Assembly: GCF_018977255.1 (NCBI RefSeq)
Contig: NW_024704742.1
Coordinates: 136,712,001-136,776,000, forward strand
Origin: Callorhinchus milii
Lineage: Eukaryota
Direction of reading: 5' to 3'
DNA length: 64,000 nucleotides
The notes below the pieces were generated by a model. That model made no database searches, was not told where the DNA came from, and saw nothing but the letters and a program-made list of their open reading frames with translations. The translations under genes and the position numbers were made by a program. Shown piece after piece: positions 25,661 to 37,578 of the stretch. Positions within the stretch are counted from its first letter, which is position 1. Each line of letters opens with the position of its first letter.

Positions 25661-27294
25661 CACACAAATTGACGTATGGAAATATGGACATAAGCAAACA
25701 GCAAGCCAAGGACAGCAGGTCTGTGTTGGGAGAGTGGATAGTCACTGGATAATTAGCAGAGTGTTGAGGGCTGTCCCCATGTGGAGGAGTTGTTCTGTGT
25801 CCTAGCTGCTGTCCCTGCAATGTACTTGCCAGTGGTTAGAGCTCCTGGGCATTTACTGTTGCATTAGACGAGAGAGAGGAGAATTGACACAACCTGTCTT
25901 AAGCAGCTTAACATTTGTCTGGCAGGGAGTTGAAAGCAGACCTTCCAATTGTGGTTGTGTTGACATTGATATACTCTGGAGCTTCATTCCACGGATTTAC
26001 TGTCTCATCAGATTGACATAGTTCACTTCCCCTGATTATACCTGCGGGGTCAGTGCAATGTACAGTCGGGAGCGTGATTCTTCCCTCCTCCGCACCAGTT
26101 ACCTAGTGATAGGATAGGTGTTGTATAATACAGTACAATGTAGTTTAGAACATATAGCATGTTGGGAGGAGTGTTAAAGCGCTTCACAAATGCTGGATGA
26201 GTACCCAAGCTACGGGGGCTGTGATTAAGGTTAGGGTTGTAATAATAATCTGTGTATTTTCTACAGCGCCTTTCACATCAGAAGGACATCCCATGATTTA
26301 CTGTGAAGTAGAGTGACTGTGTGTTTGTAGACGAACTAACAGCAATGCCCCACAAACAGCCATGAAACGAATGAGCTGTATTTTATTTTGGGGGATTGTT
26401 GACCAGGACACCAGGAGAAACTGTCCAGTAATCGCCAACCACCAGCTTCAGGCTGTTTCCCACTGCACCTGAGTGACAAGACAGGTGGTCAGTGATGTGC
26501 CAGTTACCAGGGCCATTACTGTACGGTATATCAGCACAAAGTGTTTCAGCACAACTTGTCACTCCACCCAGACTGTCTGTAGTAATGAAAGGTGTCTGTT
26601 CAGTCCATCTGACCAGTCTGACTTATACTTATCACCCAAAATAATATTCATCGTTCATTTCATCGCCATTTGTGGAACGTTGTTGTACACAAATTGACTG
26701 ACCCGTCTACCTACAAATACGAAGTCACTACAACTTACATCAAAATTCTTTGAGACGTCTTGATGATGCGATAAGCCACTTGATACTTTTATATAAAACC
26801 AACCATCCAGTCCACACTTAATCAGTCTTGTGTTTTCAAGTTTTTCCTTGATAGAATTTATTTTTGATTTATGGCATAAATCAAGAAGTATTCAATCAAG
26901 AAAATTATTTTTTTGGCCGACCCTAAAGGTTGGTCCCCACTGATCTAGAAGGTCCCCTCAGATATGTCCATTTTCCAGGTTAAAGTGTTACGATCACAGT
27001 AGACCTCTTAACATTCAGAGAGTGTATCTTTATGACTTTGTTGGCTCTTGGATTTGTATGTACTGTGCGGCTGAGGTCCTTGTATCAAGGGGGATCTCGA
27101 TGGTGACTTTGATGTTGCTGTTGCTGCTGGTGACTGGATCAGGATTTAGAGGCGAGTTGTACCTAGGGTTTAAATTCGCTCTGCTTTCCTGCTTTCCTTA
27201 TTCCAGTTTTTTCTGCTTGCTTATCTGATTAACTAAGTATTGTTAACTTGATGGGCTGAATGGCCTCCCCATCCGTTCCTATGATTCCATCAAG

Positions 27295-27450
27295 AGAACA
27301 TAAGAACATGAGAAACGCTAGATGAAAAAAGACCACAAAGTCCATCTAGTTCGCCTTCCCCCTTCCTGACGGTCGCATGCACATATGTCACAAACTACCT
27401 ATACTGTATCCCATAATGTTAATTCCTAAAAGAAAACTATCTAATCTGTA
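27295..27450 (-). mobile_element. CR1 3' end (family X, uninterrupted copy)
   Basis: 'cataagaacatgag...gtccatctagttcgccttcc...gtcgcatgcacatatgtcac...ctatctaatctg'. Confidence 0.7.
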
Positions 27451-28374
27451 AATAAGTAAGTCTTAAAGCTGAGAACATTTGACCGCTAGATTCCATTAAT
27501 TGGTAGTGCCTTGTGTAATGCTGCCTCATAGAGTGAGCAATGAGTCAACTAACACCTCTAGGTCTCTTTCTCCTCCTGTATTTCTACTCCCCACATCCAC
27601 AACCCCTCGGTCAGGTTTGCCTGCAGACCTGTTTCATGTGTCCACACACACATCCAGTTCTACCATCAGTGAATGAGCTTTCATCCGGTTTTCCCCCACT
27701 CTCTGGAATTCTCCAAATCCCTCCTCTTTATTCCCTTTCTGCTCCCCCCAACACCAAAATTACATTTATAGAGCGCCTTTCACTTTGGGAGGACATCCCA
27801 AGCGCTTACTATGCTTCTGACCACTTCCTGCCTATTTCCCTGTCTCCCACCCAGCAGAGTTGATTGGGGGCATTTATAAAAGAAGTAGACAAATACACGC
27901 AGAGGAAGAGCATTGGAGACCATGGAGAAACAGTAGGCATTTGGAATTAGGGTGGATAGCTTTTTGGAAGATGACACACAGACACACAACAAATGGCCCA
28001 AATGGCCTCCTGTGGTTGCAGTTGATGCTCCCAGGTTTCTCATTAATGACGGTCTTTGTGTGTTCTTCTGGCAGTACAAAACTGAGCTGGCATTGAGATG
28101 TTGAAACTGACCATTAAAAGATAGGTGACCTTTGTTACAACTTATAATTATCTCTGAGTTATCCTTTAAAAAATGATTGATTCAAATTGTACACCTTCCC
28201 TGCCCACAAATAATTGCGTTTGTCTCTCTCAGTGTATCTGGGCGAGCCAACGCAAGCCCTGGCCAGGCGTTCCCCGCTAACATTCACAATTAATAGTAAA
28301 AGGAATATACCATAGTGACCTTGGAAAAGTGGGGGAGGGAGGAAAGAAAGAGAGAGCAAGAGAGAGAGAGAGCA

Positions 28375-29120
28375 GAGTCGGTGGCACTCTCACTTCTGAG
28401 TCAGAAAATTGTGCCGCCCGCATTCTTACCCGCAACAAACTCCGCTCCCCGATTACCCCAGTCCACTGGCTGCCTATCCCAGAGAGGATCGACTTCAAGA
28501 TCCTCACTCTTGTCTTCAAATCCCTTCACTCCTCTGCATCCCACTAAGTCTCTGACTTCTCTCCTCACAACAGTGCCCGTTGCTTTTGCTCCACCGGGTC
28601 TGGCCTATTCCTTGTCCCCTAAATCCTCCTCTCCACCATTGGCGGCCTTCAGCCACTATGCCCCAAGACTCTGGAACTGCCTTCCTCACTCCCTTCGCCT
28701 CACCTCCTCTTTTCAGGTCTCGGCTGAAGACCTTTCTTTTCGATCGGTCACCTTCTCCCCCCTCCCCCTGGCTCGGCCCCGGGATCCGTTACTGTGAAGC
28801 GCTCTGAGATGCCGGTATGGCATGGAGGGCGCTATATAAATGTTGTTGTTGGGTTCAAGCCCCAAGTCAGGTAATTTGAGCTCACAAGTCTATTACAGTT
28901 CAGTCCTGGGGAGTTTCTTCTGCATTCTTGGAGGTTCCACCCTCGGATGAGATGTTAAACCAAGGTCCTGTATGCTTGTTCATGGGGACGTTAAACATCC
29001 AGTGGTACTATTTGAAAAGATTAGGGAGTTTCTCCCGGTCTCCTGTCTCAATTCCCAGTTAAAGTCGGTCATTCACTTCACGGCTGTCTGTGGGTCATTG
29101 CTGTGCATTTATCTACAAAG
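28375..29120 (+). mobile_element. Deu-domain SINE split by an L2 insertion
   Basis: Head 'ggcactctcacttctgagtcagaaaattgtg' resumes as 'gggttcaagcccc' at 28851; Deu motifs 'ggatgagatgttaaaccaagg' and 'ggacgttaaacatcc' follow. Confidence 0.8.
28412..28850 (+). mobile_element. L2 LINE 3' fragment (second family), (GTT)n tail
   Basis: AARILTR..SPITPVHWLPIPERIDFKIL; FSHYAPRLWNCLP; terminal hairpin followed by gttgttgtt. Confidence 0.9.
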
Positions 29121-29732
29121 TGGAATGCGCATTCGCTCCCTGGACACACCCTGCTTAGCTCATTCTGCAGATATTAGGTGGGGATTTGTAAGAGGCCTGG
29201 GGACCTCAGAGAGTGCGCTGGGAGTTTAACCAGCAAAAAACACTTTGCTTGGCATTGATAGCACTATCTGACAACCTTCCCACTGTTTGTCCACCCTACC
29301 CATTAGGTCCCTACCCTGTCTGGACTCATGCACAAGAAAACTCTGAAATTTGTAACACAGAAGGCTGTTTGGATTATCGTGTCAGTGCTGCCTCTGTGAG
29401 TTTTTTAAAATCATTAATATTCCACTTCCCTGCCTATTGCTCAAATCCCTAAATATTGTTACTATGTCCACTTGTGTGAGTGAGTATATGAAGGTGTCTG
29501 TCGCCTGCGAAAAGGTAGAATCCAAAACGCAGCATGGATGCTCATTGCCACTCTTTGATATAAAACTCCTGACATTCCCACTTTGAAACTCCAACACACT
29601 GTTGGTCGTTGGTAAGAGTGACTGGAGTGTCTCCAGTACTAACAATGGCTGTTGGAGTCTGTACTGTGAGTCATAACCTTGAGTAGGTGAGTGCTTTATT
29701 CTCCTGGTCTCAATGGCACTGTATGCGCTACC

Positions 29733-30060
29733 TGGAGTCCTGTAGCTCAGTGGTTAGAGCACTCGCTTTGCAAGCGAGAGACCTGAGTTCAATTCCAGGC
29801 AGAGGGCGAAACCTTGGGCAAGTTTCCTTACTCCACACAGAGCCTAATAATAATCCCTCCAAAAAAACTAAAAACAATAATTAAATTGGTCATTTTCAAT
29901 CTACGACTGTTTGTGGGACATTGCTGTGCGCAATTGGCTGCCGCGTTCGCCCACAAATATACAGTCAATTCACTTTACAGCGTGTTCTGTGAAGCGCTTT
30001 GGGATGTCCTCCCGACGTGAAAAGCGCTATATCAAATGCAAGGATTATTATTATTATTAT
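29733..30060 (+). mobile_element. SINE subfamily C (young, short), full length
   Basis: Head, deletion junction 'ccacacagagcctaataataatccc', L2-type tail loop and (ATT)n; nearly identical to 32251-32582 and 48397-48714. Confidence 0.95.
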
Positions 30061-30459
30061 GGTAGGAGGGTGACATGAAGCCAATTATAGCCTCCCTATT
30101 TGCTAAGATCAGATACCTTAAGCGCAGTCCAGAGACTAATCTCAGTGTGTGATTTAGGAGGTGAAACGTGGCAGCCAATTGTGCACAACAGTGTCAGTTA
30201 CACAAACAGTTGTGGATTGAGTGACCAAATTATTAATTATTGTCTTTATCCCTCCCCACCCTACTCGGCTCCCACCCCCAGTTCCGGTGGCCACCCAGCT
30301 TTGTCAAGCCCTTTGAGGCATCCTCCTGATGTGAAAGGCTGAATCTAAATTGTAGTGTTACAGTGAATAGAACTTTATGTTAACCGAGGTGCCAAGTTAT
30401 TTTACCCTCTGACTATCGCCCACCCAACCCGCTGATTTAGAAATAGACACTGGAGTTTT

Positions 30460-30762
30460 CTACCCCATCATGTCTATGTTGGAGTTCGCTTCTCTACCAG
30501 AGCTCTCTAATCCCATTCTCTGCTTTCTCTCCATCCTGTGCTGATGCTCACTCTGCCACTGGAGCTCTCTACTCTAATCCCACGGCCTGCTCTTTCCCCA
30601 TCGTGTCTGTACTGGCGCTCAATCTCCCACTGGGCTATCTACTCTAATCCCATTCCCTGCTCTTTCTCCATCTTGTGGTGCTAGCTTTATTTTTGTCTCC
30701 CCCCCCCCCCCTCCTTTTCCTAGAGATATCCACTCCAATCTCAATTCCCTGTTCTTTTCCCC
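30460..30762. repeat. Degenerate ~65-70 bp tandem repeat (about 4 units) derived from a CR1 3' UTR
   Basis: Recurring 'ccatc.tgt...gagctctctactctaatcccattccctgctctttc'; a related reverse-complement array lies at ~42575-42710. Confidence 0.75.
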
Positions 30763-32059
30763 TAAATATAAGTAACCACATGTTTTATTAAAGGTTTGAA
30801 TATAATGGTGATTTTACCGCAAAGGCGGACGCCTTTTTAGCTGGCCCAGTGTTTTAGTTTTGCCCCCTGAACTGATGTTTTAAGAAGCTATTCAGAGATC
30901 CCTTATCATTCCGCTTTGGTTTCCAGCAGAAATCAAAATCACTTTTCACTTTTCGTGATTTTAAAAAAAAACATAACTGTCAGAACCCCATTTGGCACGA
31001 AACAAGCTTTTCTTTTTTAAAAAAGCACGAGCTTCATTCCTGAGACTTATCATTTTCACATGAGTCAATTGTCTTGGAATCCATTAACAGCTCCTCTGCG
31101 GACTGTCTCAGTATTATCTGCGATTTGTCTTCTCCATGAAGGCATTTAAGCTGTTGCCGCTGGACAAACGTGCTGTTTACAGCTATTACCAGACTCCAGA
31201 GTGGGTGGAGCGGGCTTGTCTGTCTGCAAGGACATGACATGGTTCAGTGGCTATATGACCTCATGCTGTTATTACCTTCCTCGTCTGACTCAGGTGTCTG
31301 CCAGGCTAAGCCATTAATAAACCCAGGTAGAGTTTAACCTGCTCTTTGTGATCAAGACGCGGAAGAAATAAGCAGATATGAGTCACGCTATTTTAAGCAC
31401 TTGGATCTTCACAGAGGCCTGGAATTGCACCCAGTCTTTGCTTGCAGGAACATTTTGTCTCAAAAAAATTGCAGTGGGGGTGGACTCTTAATTTCACTCT
31501 TAATTAGAAAGCTAGTTTTCTGCAGTTTTTTTTAAATAGCAGCTTCCAAATCAATAATAATTACATTTGATATAGACGTTATATTAATGTAATAATAATG
31601 CTTACATTTAATAGAGCACCTTATCACGTCGTTGAGATGTCTCAAACAGCTTAACAGACTATACTGTAAAATGCAGTGACTGTGTATTTTGTGGACGAAA
31701 CACGGCAGCCAATTACTGAAGTGAAGAATTTTCAACTGCGATCTTAAATTTTAAGGCAAAGCGGGTATTCGAGCTCAGACCAGGTGGAATTCTGGACCTC
31801 TGTGTCCTCAGCACGGCCTGAGTTGTCTCCAGCAAACATATTATTGCTCATTCGGGAAAGGGCTGAGTGGGAGAGTACCGGCCTGACCTGACCTGAGTTG
31901 GCAGATCTCAGTTGGAGTGGGAGATAGAGTAGCTACAATGGAACTCAGCCACCCCTAGGCAACCTCCCACTGGAAGGTGCTTCACAAGGACAGGATCATA
32001 ATATGTCGTCTCTCCTGCACCCCAGAGGAATTATACTGTTCTAGACTGGATAACGTAGA

Positions 32060-32665
32060 CTATGATAAGCTGTTTTATCCTGTGCTGAACACTGGGACAC
32101 TAGAATCCGACCTGCAATTGAAAGGGGGTAAACAAATCTGCGGAAAACCTATTTCAGTGAGCGAGTAGTAAATCTAGGGAGACGGTTAAAGCAGAAAGTG
32201 TTGATTGTTTCAGAAGCAAATTAGATAGATTTCTTTTAATATTTTAGGATATAATAATAATAATAATAATAATCCTTGCATTTGATATAGCGCTTTTCAC
32301 GTCGGGAGAACGTCCCAAAGCGCTTCACAGAGCACACTGTAAAGTGAATTGACTGTATATTTGTGGGCAAACGCGGCAGCCAATTGCGCACAGCAATGTC
32401 CCACAAACAGTTGTAGATTGAAAATGACCAATTTTTATTATTGTTTTGGGTTTTGGAGGGATTATTATTAGGCTCTGTGTGGAGTAAGGAAACTTGCCCA
32501 AGGTTTCGCCCTCTGCCTGGAATTGAACTCAGGTCTCTCGCTTGCAAAGCGAGTGCTCTAACCAGTGAGCTACAGGACTCCACATAATATGTAGTTGGGA
32601 CATGTGTCAAGATGGTGGAAGGAAAACTTGGTCTTCTTTCGTCCAGCAATTCTTATGTTCTATGT
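32060..32665 (+). mobile_element. CR1 3' end (family X) split by SINE C
   Basis: ORF2 end 'tatttcagtgagcgagtagtaaatct...ttagatagatttc'; the UTR resumes after 32582 and ends 'gcaattcttatgttctatg'. Confidence 0.75.
32251..32582 (-). mobile_element. SINE subfamily C, full length
   Basis: Near-exact reverse complement of 29733-30060. Confidence 0.95.
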
Positions 32666-33069
32666 GCTTATGTCTATTAGCAGATTATTCACTGGTGGAG
32701 GACATCACGGCTGAGCCGAATGCTGTTCTTACCCAACACCTGGTCATTGTTTGTTCTCAAAAGAATGACTGATATTTTTTGTAAACTCCCTGGCTCAACG
32801 GAGGCCAAGTGTAGAATTTGTACCGGGCGTCCTGCCTGAGATCAGATAACTATACAGTTAATTCACTTTACGGTTTATTCTGTGAAGCGCTTTGAGACAT
32901 CTCAATGACATGATAAGGAAGTACACCAAATCCAATCATTATGGGACATCCTCCTGACGTGAAAGGCGCTTTATAAATGGAATCTTGTTGTTGTTGTTGT
33001 ATTATTATAACATCATCAATCCTGGTCCTCGGTAGCTTTCTTGTTTAGCACTTCACAGAATAACTTATA

Positions 33070-33472
33070 AATAATAATTAGTACATCTGATACAGCGCCT
33101 TTCAAATCGGGAGGATGTCCCAAAGCACTTCACGAGAATTACTGTAAAGTGTTGTGACTATCTTTTGTAGGTGAATGCAGCGGCCAGTTTCACACAATAA
33201 TATCCCACACATAACCAAGAAACATGATCAATTTTATCTGGCAGATTGTTGGCCAGGACATCAGGAGAAGCTCCCTTCTCTTTTCAGTTAGTGTCGTGGG
33301 ATCCTGAATAGGAGTCAGGACCTCAGTTTAACATCTCATCTGAAAACTGACACCTCCAAACGCAGCACATCCCCAACACTTCATTAGAGTGTCAGCCGTA
33401 GATCTTAAAGCCCTGACGCAGGTCCTTGAATCCAAAACCTCTGACTCAGAGGTGAACCTGAACCAGTCTGAC
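33070..33472 (-). mobile_element. Deu-domain SINE, near full length
   Basis: Tail hairpin with L2-type loop, 'ttggccaggacatcaggagaa', 'cctcagtttaacatctcatctgaaa' and head 'acctctgactcagagg'. Confidence 0.8.
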
Positions 33473-34046
33473 AAACATCTCAGATTCTTATAGCTACGTT
33501 TTATGATTTAGCAGACCCATTGTTTTAGCTTTGCTCCCTGAGCTTGCGATTTTATGTTGCAACATGTCAAAGCGGGATAAATAATTGGTTGTCCTGTAGC
33601 GTAGTGGTAGCACTCGCTTTGTAAGCAGAATGTTAGGCAAGTTTCCATACTCCGCACACCTTGTTTACCTTGCAGTAAGAAGGAACCCGATAGTTAGTCG
33701 ATTGTTTTCCCTTTTAAAAAAATGTGGTCACTCAATCCACGTTTGTGGTACACTGCTGTGCACAATTGACTGTCACATTTTGCCCACAAAATATAGTCAG
33801 TTCACTCTGTGAATTGCTTTGAGACACATCAAAGACGTGATAAGGCACTATATCTAAAATGCAACCATTATTATTGTAAACAGATATGAGGTCTGCCCGT
33901 TAGTAACTGTTTGCAGGCATACAACACTGCATTTTTGGTCAGCTGGAGACGCATGGAAAATGTCTCCAAACCAAATCCCGCATAAGGGTCCCACTGCTTC
34001 TCCAGCTGGTTACTAGTTTGTTACTCCAGCTTATTAAATCCAACCT

Positions 34047-34426
34047 AATAATGATAATAGTAATCCTTCCATTTGATATATCACTTTTCAAGCCTTTTAG
34101 ACGTCTCAAAACTTAGCAGAATATACTGTAAAGTGAATTAACTGTATATTTATGGACGAAACACGGCAGCCAATTACGCACAACAGTGTCCAGAAACAGT
34201 CCCACAAATTGATTGACTGAGCAAATTATTATTGTGTTTTTTTCTTGAGGGATTATTATCTGTAAGGAAATTTGCCCAAGTAAAGAAAACAAATTATTAT
34301 TGTGCTTTTTTCTTGAGGGATTATTATCAGCAAGGAAACTTGCCTAAAGTTTCGCCCTGCCAGGAATCAAACCCAGGTCTCCTGCTTGCGAGGCGAGTGA
34401 TCTAACCACTGAGCTACAGGACTCCA
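34047..34426 (-). mobile_element. SINE subfamily B with a ~68 bp internal tandem duplication (34222-34349)
   Basis: 'caaattattattgtg.ttttttcttgagggattattatc...aaggaaa.ttgcc' occurs at 34222 and at 34290. Confidence 0.88.
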
Positions 34427-34437
34427 CTAGAAGCAAC

Positions 34438-34832
34438 TGTCAGCTTGGCTCAGTTGATAACACTCTCGTCTCTTGGGTCAGAAGCTTGTGAGTTCAAGTA
34501 CCATATCAGGGACTTGGAACTCATACAGTCTAGGCTGACACTATAGTGCAGTACTGGGAGTTACAGACCTTCAGTGAAGGTCCTGTCTGCCTCTTCAAGT
34601 GGAACTTAGTGATTCCTTAACAAGCCTTGGTTGAAGCTCTCATTTGAAAGACAATATGGGGAAGGAGTTTCCCACAGTGATGACCTTCTAGATAAATTGT
34701 CAATCACTTCTTGGCTATTTGTGGGACCTTACTGGGTGCAAATTGGCTGCTGTATTTGCAGTGTCAGCAATAGACAGTAATCACTGAAACTTTGATACAT
34801 TATAGGTGCTATAAACAAATGCAAGCATTATT
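34438..34832 (+). mobile_element. Deu-domain SINE, near full length
   Basis: Head 'tgtcagcttggctcagttgataacactctcg', 'tctaggctgacact', 'tttgtgggaccttactgggtgcaaattggctgc' and tail 'aaatgcaagcattatta'. Confidence 0.8.
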
Positions 34833-34890
34833 ACAGTAAAGCCTCATTATAATGTGGGTTGAGATTTTATAATGAGGGTGGTTTATGTGT

Positions 34891-35442
34891 ACAACAACAA
34901 TAACAAGATTGCATTTATAGAGCGCCTTTCGTGTCGGGAGGACGTCCCAGGGCGCTGGAGAGTTGGGTCGGGATCCCAGCAGGGTGGAAATGGTCAGGGT
35001 GAGGGGAGGGACGGGAGGGAGCGAGGAGGGGGTTGAGAGTCGAGAGGGGAGCTGAAGGCACGGTTGAAGAGAAAGGTCTTGAGACCGGCCTTGAAGGAGG
35101 AAAGGGAGGAGGCGGCGAAGGCACTGGGGGATTGAGTTCCAGAGCCTCGGGGCTGAGAGGCTGAAGGCCATCGATGGTAGGGCGGTTGGGGCGGGGGATG
35201 TGGAGCAGACCGGAGCCAGAGGAACGGAGGGTACGGGCGGGTAAGTAGGGGGATAGTAGGTCGGAGAGGTAGGAGGGAGCGAGGCCGTGAATGGCCTTGT
35301 AGGTGAGGATCTTGAATTCGATCCTCTGGGGGATGGGGAGCCAGTGGAGGCGAGCGAGGGCGAGGGTGAGGGCGAGGGTGGGAGTGATGTGGTCGCGAAG
35401 CCTGGTGCGGGACAGCACACGAGCTGCAGAGTTCAGAGTTCT
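34891..35442 (-). mobile_element. L2 LINE 3' fragment, relatively young (CpG retained)
   Basis: NSAARVLSRTRLRDHITPTL...LHWLPIPQRIEFKILTYKAIHGLAPSYLSDLL...SFKAGLKTFLF; terminal hairpin and (GTT)n tail. Confidence 0.93.
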
Positions 35443-35457
35443 GCAGAGTACAGTTGG

Positions 35458-35652
35458 CCGGTTCGCTTCCTGCGTACCAGCCAGTTCCCAAAACAAAATG
35501 GTGACTTCCAGGTCATCAGGTTCCCGACGACCTTACTTCCTGCGCAGAGTGCGCAGCAAACAGAAAGTGAGGTCGGCAGGATCCTGACGATCTGAAAGGC
35601 AAGTCGGCCATTTTTAGCATGGGAGCCGGATGGGGCACGGGAAGCAAGCCGG
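35458..35652. mobile_element. Palindromic MITE-like element (family P1)
   Basis: Outer arms ccggttcgcttcctgcgtacc / gggcacgggaagcaagccgg; inner arms gaccttacttcctg / cagaaagtgaggtc; homologous to 56640-56785. Confidence 0.65.
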
Positions 35653-37219
35653 GACACATTGCTCATGAATAGGGAACCATTCGCATTACAAGCGAAGCCC
35701 ATTCAGGCAGGTTACGTCATATCATACATAATTAAGTAAAAAAAAAATCACCCAGCATCTTCTGCGATAGCTTTTTGGTCTTTTTCCATTCCATTTCCAA
35801 CAGCTTATCAGGCACCGTACGTGTCCTGTTGTGAGACCACTCGTTGCAGACCAGTAATGGAGATTTTGTTCCCCTTCCTTCCTGTTTTGTTTTGAATCCT
35901 GTTTACAAAGGAACAGTATCAAAAAAAGCCTAATATTGTGTGTTCTATCTTGATATAAAAGTCCTGGACACAGTGACTGCTGAACTTCCCGTGCAGATTT
36001 CAAACCCCAGATATCTTTGTGCTACAGAAACAAATGGTTTTGTGATCCATTTGTGGCAATGGTTAGAGCCTCAGTGTTGTGGGAAGGGGAGGGGGGATTT
36101 GCCAGTTCGTGGCTGAGGTTCTGATCTGTGAATGGCTTCATGCCCCAATACAGTCAGATCCCATCTCATCACAACCCACTTTACAGCAACAAATTACATT
36201 TGTACAGCGCCTTTCAAATCGGGAGGATGTTCCCAAGGCACTGGACAATCAGGGATTTGAACCCGAGCTGGTGGTTGGGATCAGGAGGGGTGGAGGGTAG
36301 AGGTAGGAGGGTAACCAAAGGCGCGGTTTTTCACATAGAATTTGTACTTGATGCGCCTCATTTATAGCATAACCCCCATCCGATGGACACGCTACGTACA
36401 CATGTCCTTCGGATGAGACGTTAACTGAGGTCCTGTCTGTGTGTTCTGGTAGATTTTAAAGAACTCCAATAAATCCCCCAAATAAAACTGGTCATTCGCT
36501 CCTTGGGTGTTTGTGGAACACTGCTGTGCGCAAACTGGCTGCTGCGTTTTGCCCACAAAAGGCACAGTCAAACCACTTTACAATTGAGCGCTTTGTGAGA
36601 TATCTCCACAAAATAAAACGGCACTACATGAAATGCCAGCATTATTATTATTCAGTGGTATGTACATGGAATGCATTGTGCTTCCAGCACTGACTGGTTG
36701 GCTTCTTGCACGTAGTAAGCAGGCACCAAAAGTCTCCCGACGCCTACCGGTGCCCTAGCAACCTTTATAATCTCTTGTGAGAACAGTTGCCGGCAGATGT
36801 GAATTCCACAAGTGCTGATCGGTAAAGGTTTCTGTTAACGCGTCTCGTTAAAACGCGGGGTCCGATTTTCTGGAACAAAATCCCTGCATTATAACAGTAT
36901 AATTATAATCCCTGCTCCTGGCTCGGCGTCAGGCCTCGCTGCTCTCGGAGGCTCTCCTGCGTGAGTGGCGCTATGTAAGTTCTTGTTGTTCAGTCTTAAC
37001 ATCCCATTTATTACATCAGAATCCTCAAGTGAGGATCAAGTGAGCGGTGAATATCTCACAATCAGATGCCAAACAATGTCTTTCTTTCTAGCACTCACTA
37101 GAACAAGCAACTAGGTGTGTGTATCACCATTAGACTGAGCACGACACCTCCAGTCTCTTACTGAAGGTATTGAAAGATATATATAATGTATATTATATAT
37201 ACAATATTGAATATATAAC

Positions 37220-37578
37220 GTATGGAACAGGCTCCCAAGGGAGACGGTGAAAGCAGAAAGTATTGATTCTTTTCAAGAACAAATCAGATAGATTTCTGAT
37301 CGGAAATAATATCTGGGGATGATGCAGTATATAGTGGAGTCCTGTACCTCAGTGGTTAGAGCACTCGCCTTGCAAGCGAGACACCTGGGTTCAAATCCAG
37401 GCAGGGTGAAACCTCGGGCAAGTTTCAGTACTCCACACTCCTAATAATAATCCCTCCAAAACAAAAAACAGTAATAAATTGGTCATTTTCAATCCACGAC
37501 TGTTTGTGGGACACTGGCAGGATGGTGGAAGGCGAACTAGATGGACCTTGGTCTTCTTTCGCCAGCAAATTCTTATGT
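37220..37578 (+). mobile_element. CR1 3' end (family X) containing a 3'-truncated SINE C-like copy (37335-37515, +)
   Basis: CR1 'tatggaacaggctccc...gatagatttc' upstream and 'ggcaggatggtggaaggcgaactagatggacc' downstream of the SINE. Confidence 0.8.

Noticed and set aside
29734..29808. tRNA-Ala(TGC)-like cloverleaf, and similar heads elsewhere
   Set aside because: Acceptor and T arms are imperfect and the sequence always continues into the SINE body; these are SINE heads, not tRNA genes.
32236..32649. Recurrent peptide 'SCSSVVRALALQARDLSSIPGRGRNLGQVSLLHT' in several ORFs
   Set aside because: Translation of SINE subfamily C copies, not a gene family.
34809..35595. Overlapping long ORFs (up to 203 aa)
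   Set aside because: Frames of a GC-rich, 5'-truncated L2 fragment; not a host gene.
35780..35822. Acceptor-like 'ttccaacag' followed by 13 nt and GTACGT (possible micro-exon)
   Set aside because: Weak donor, frame-shifting length and no homology support.
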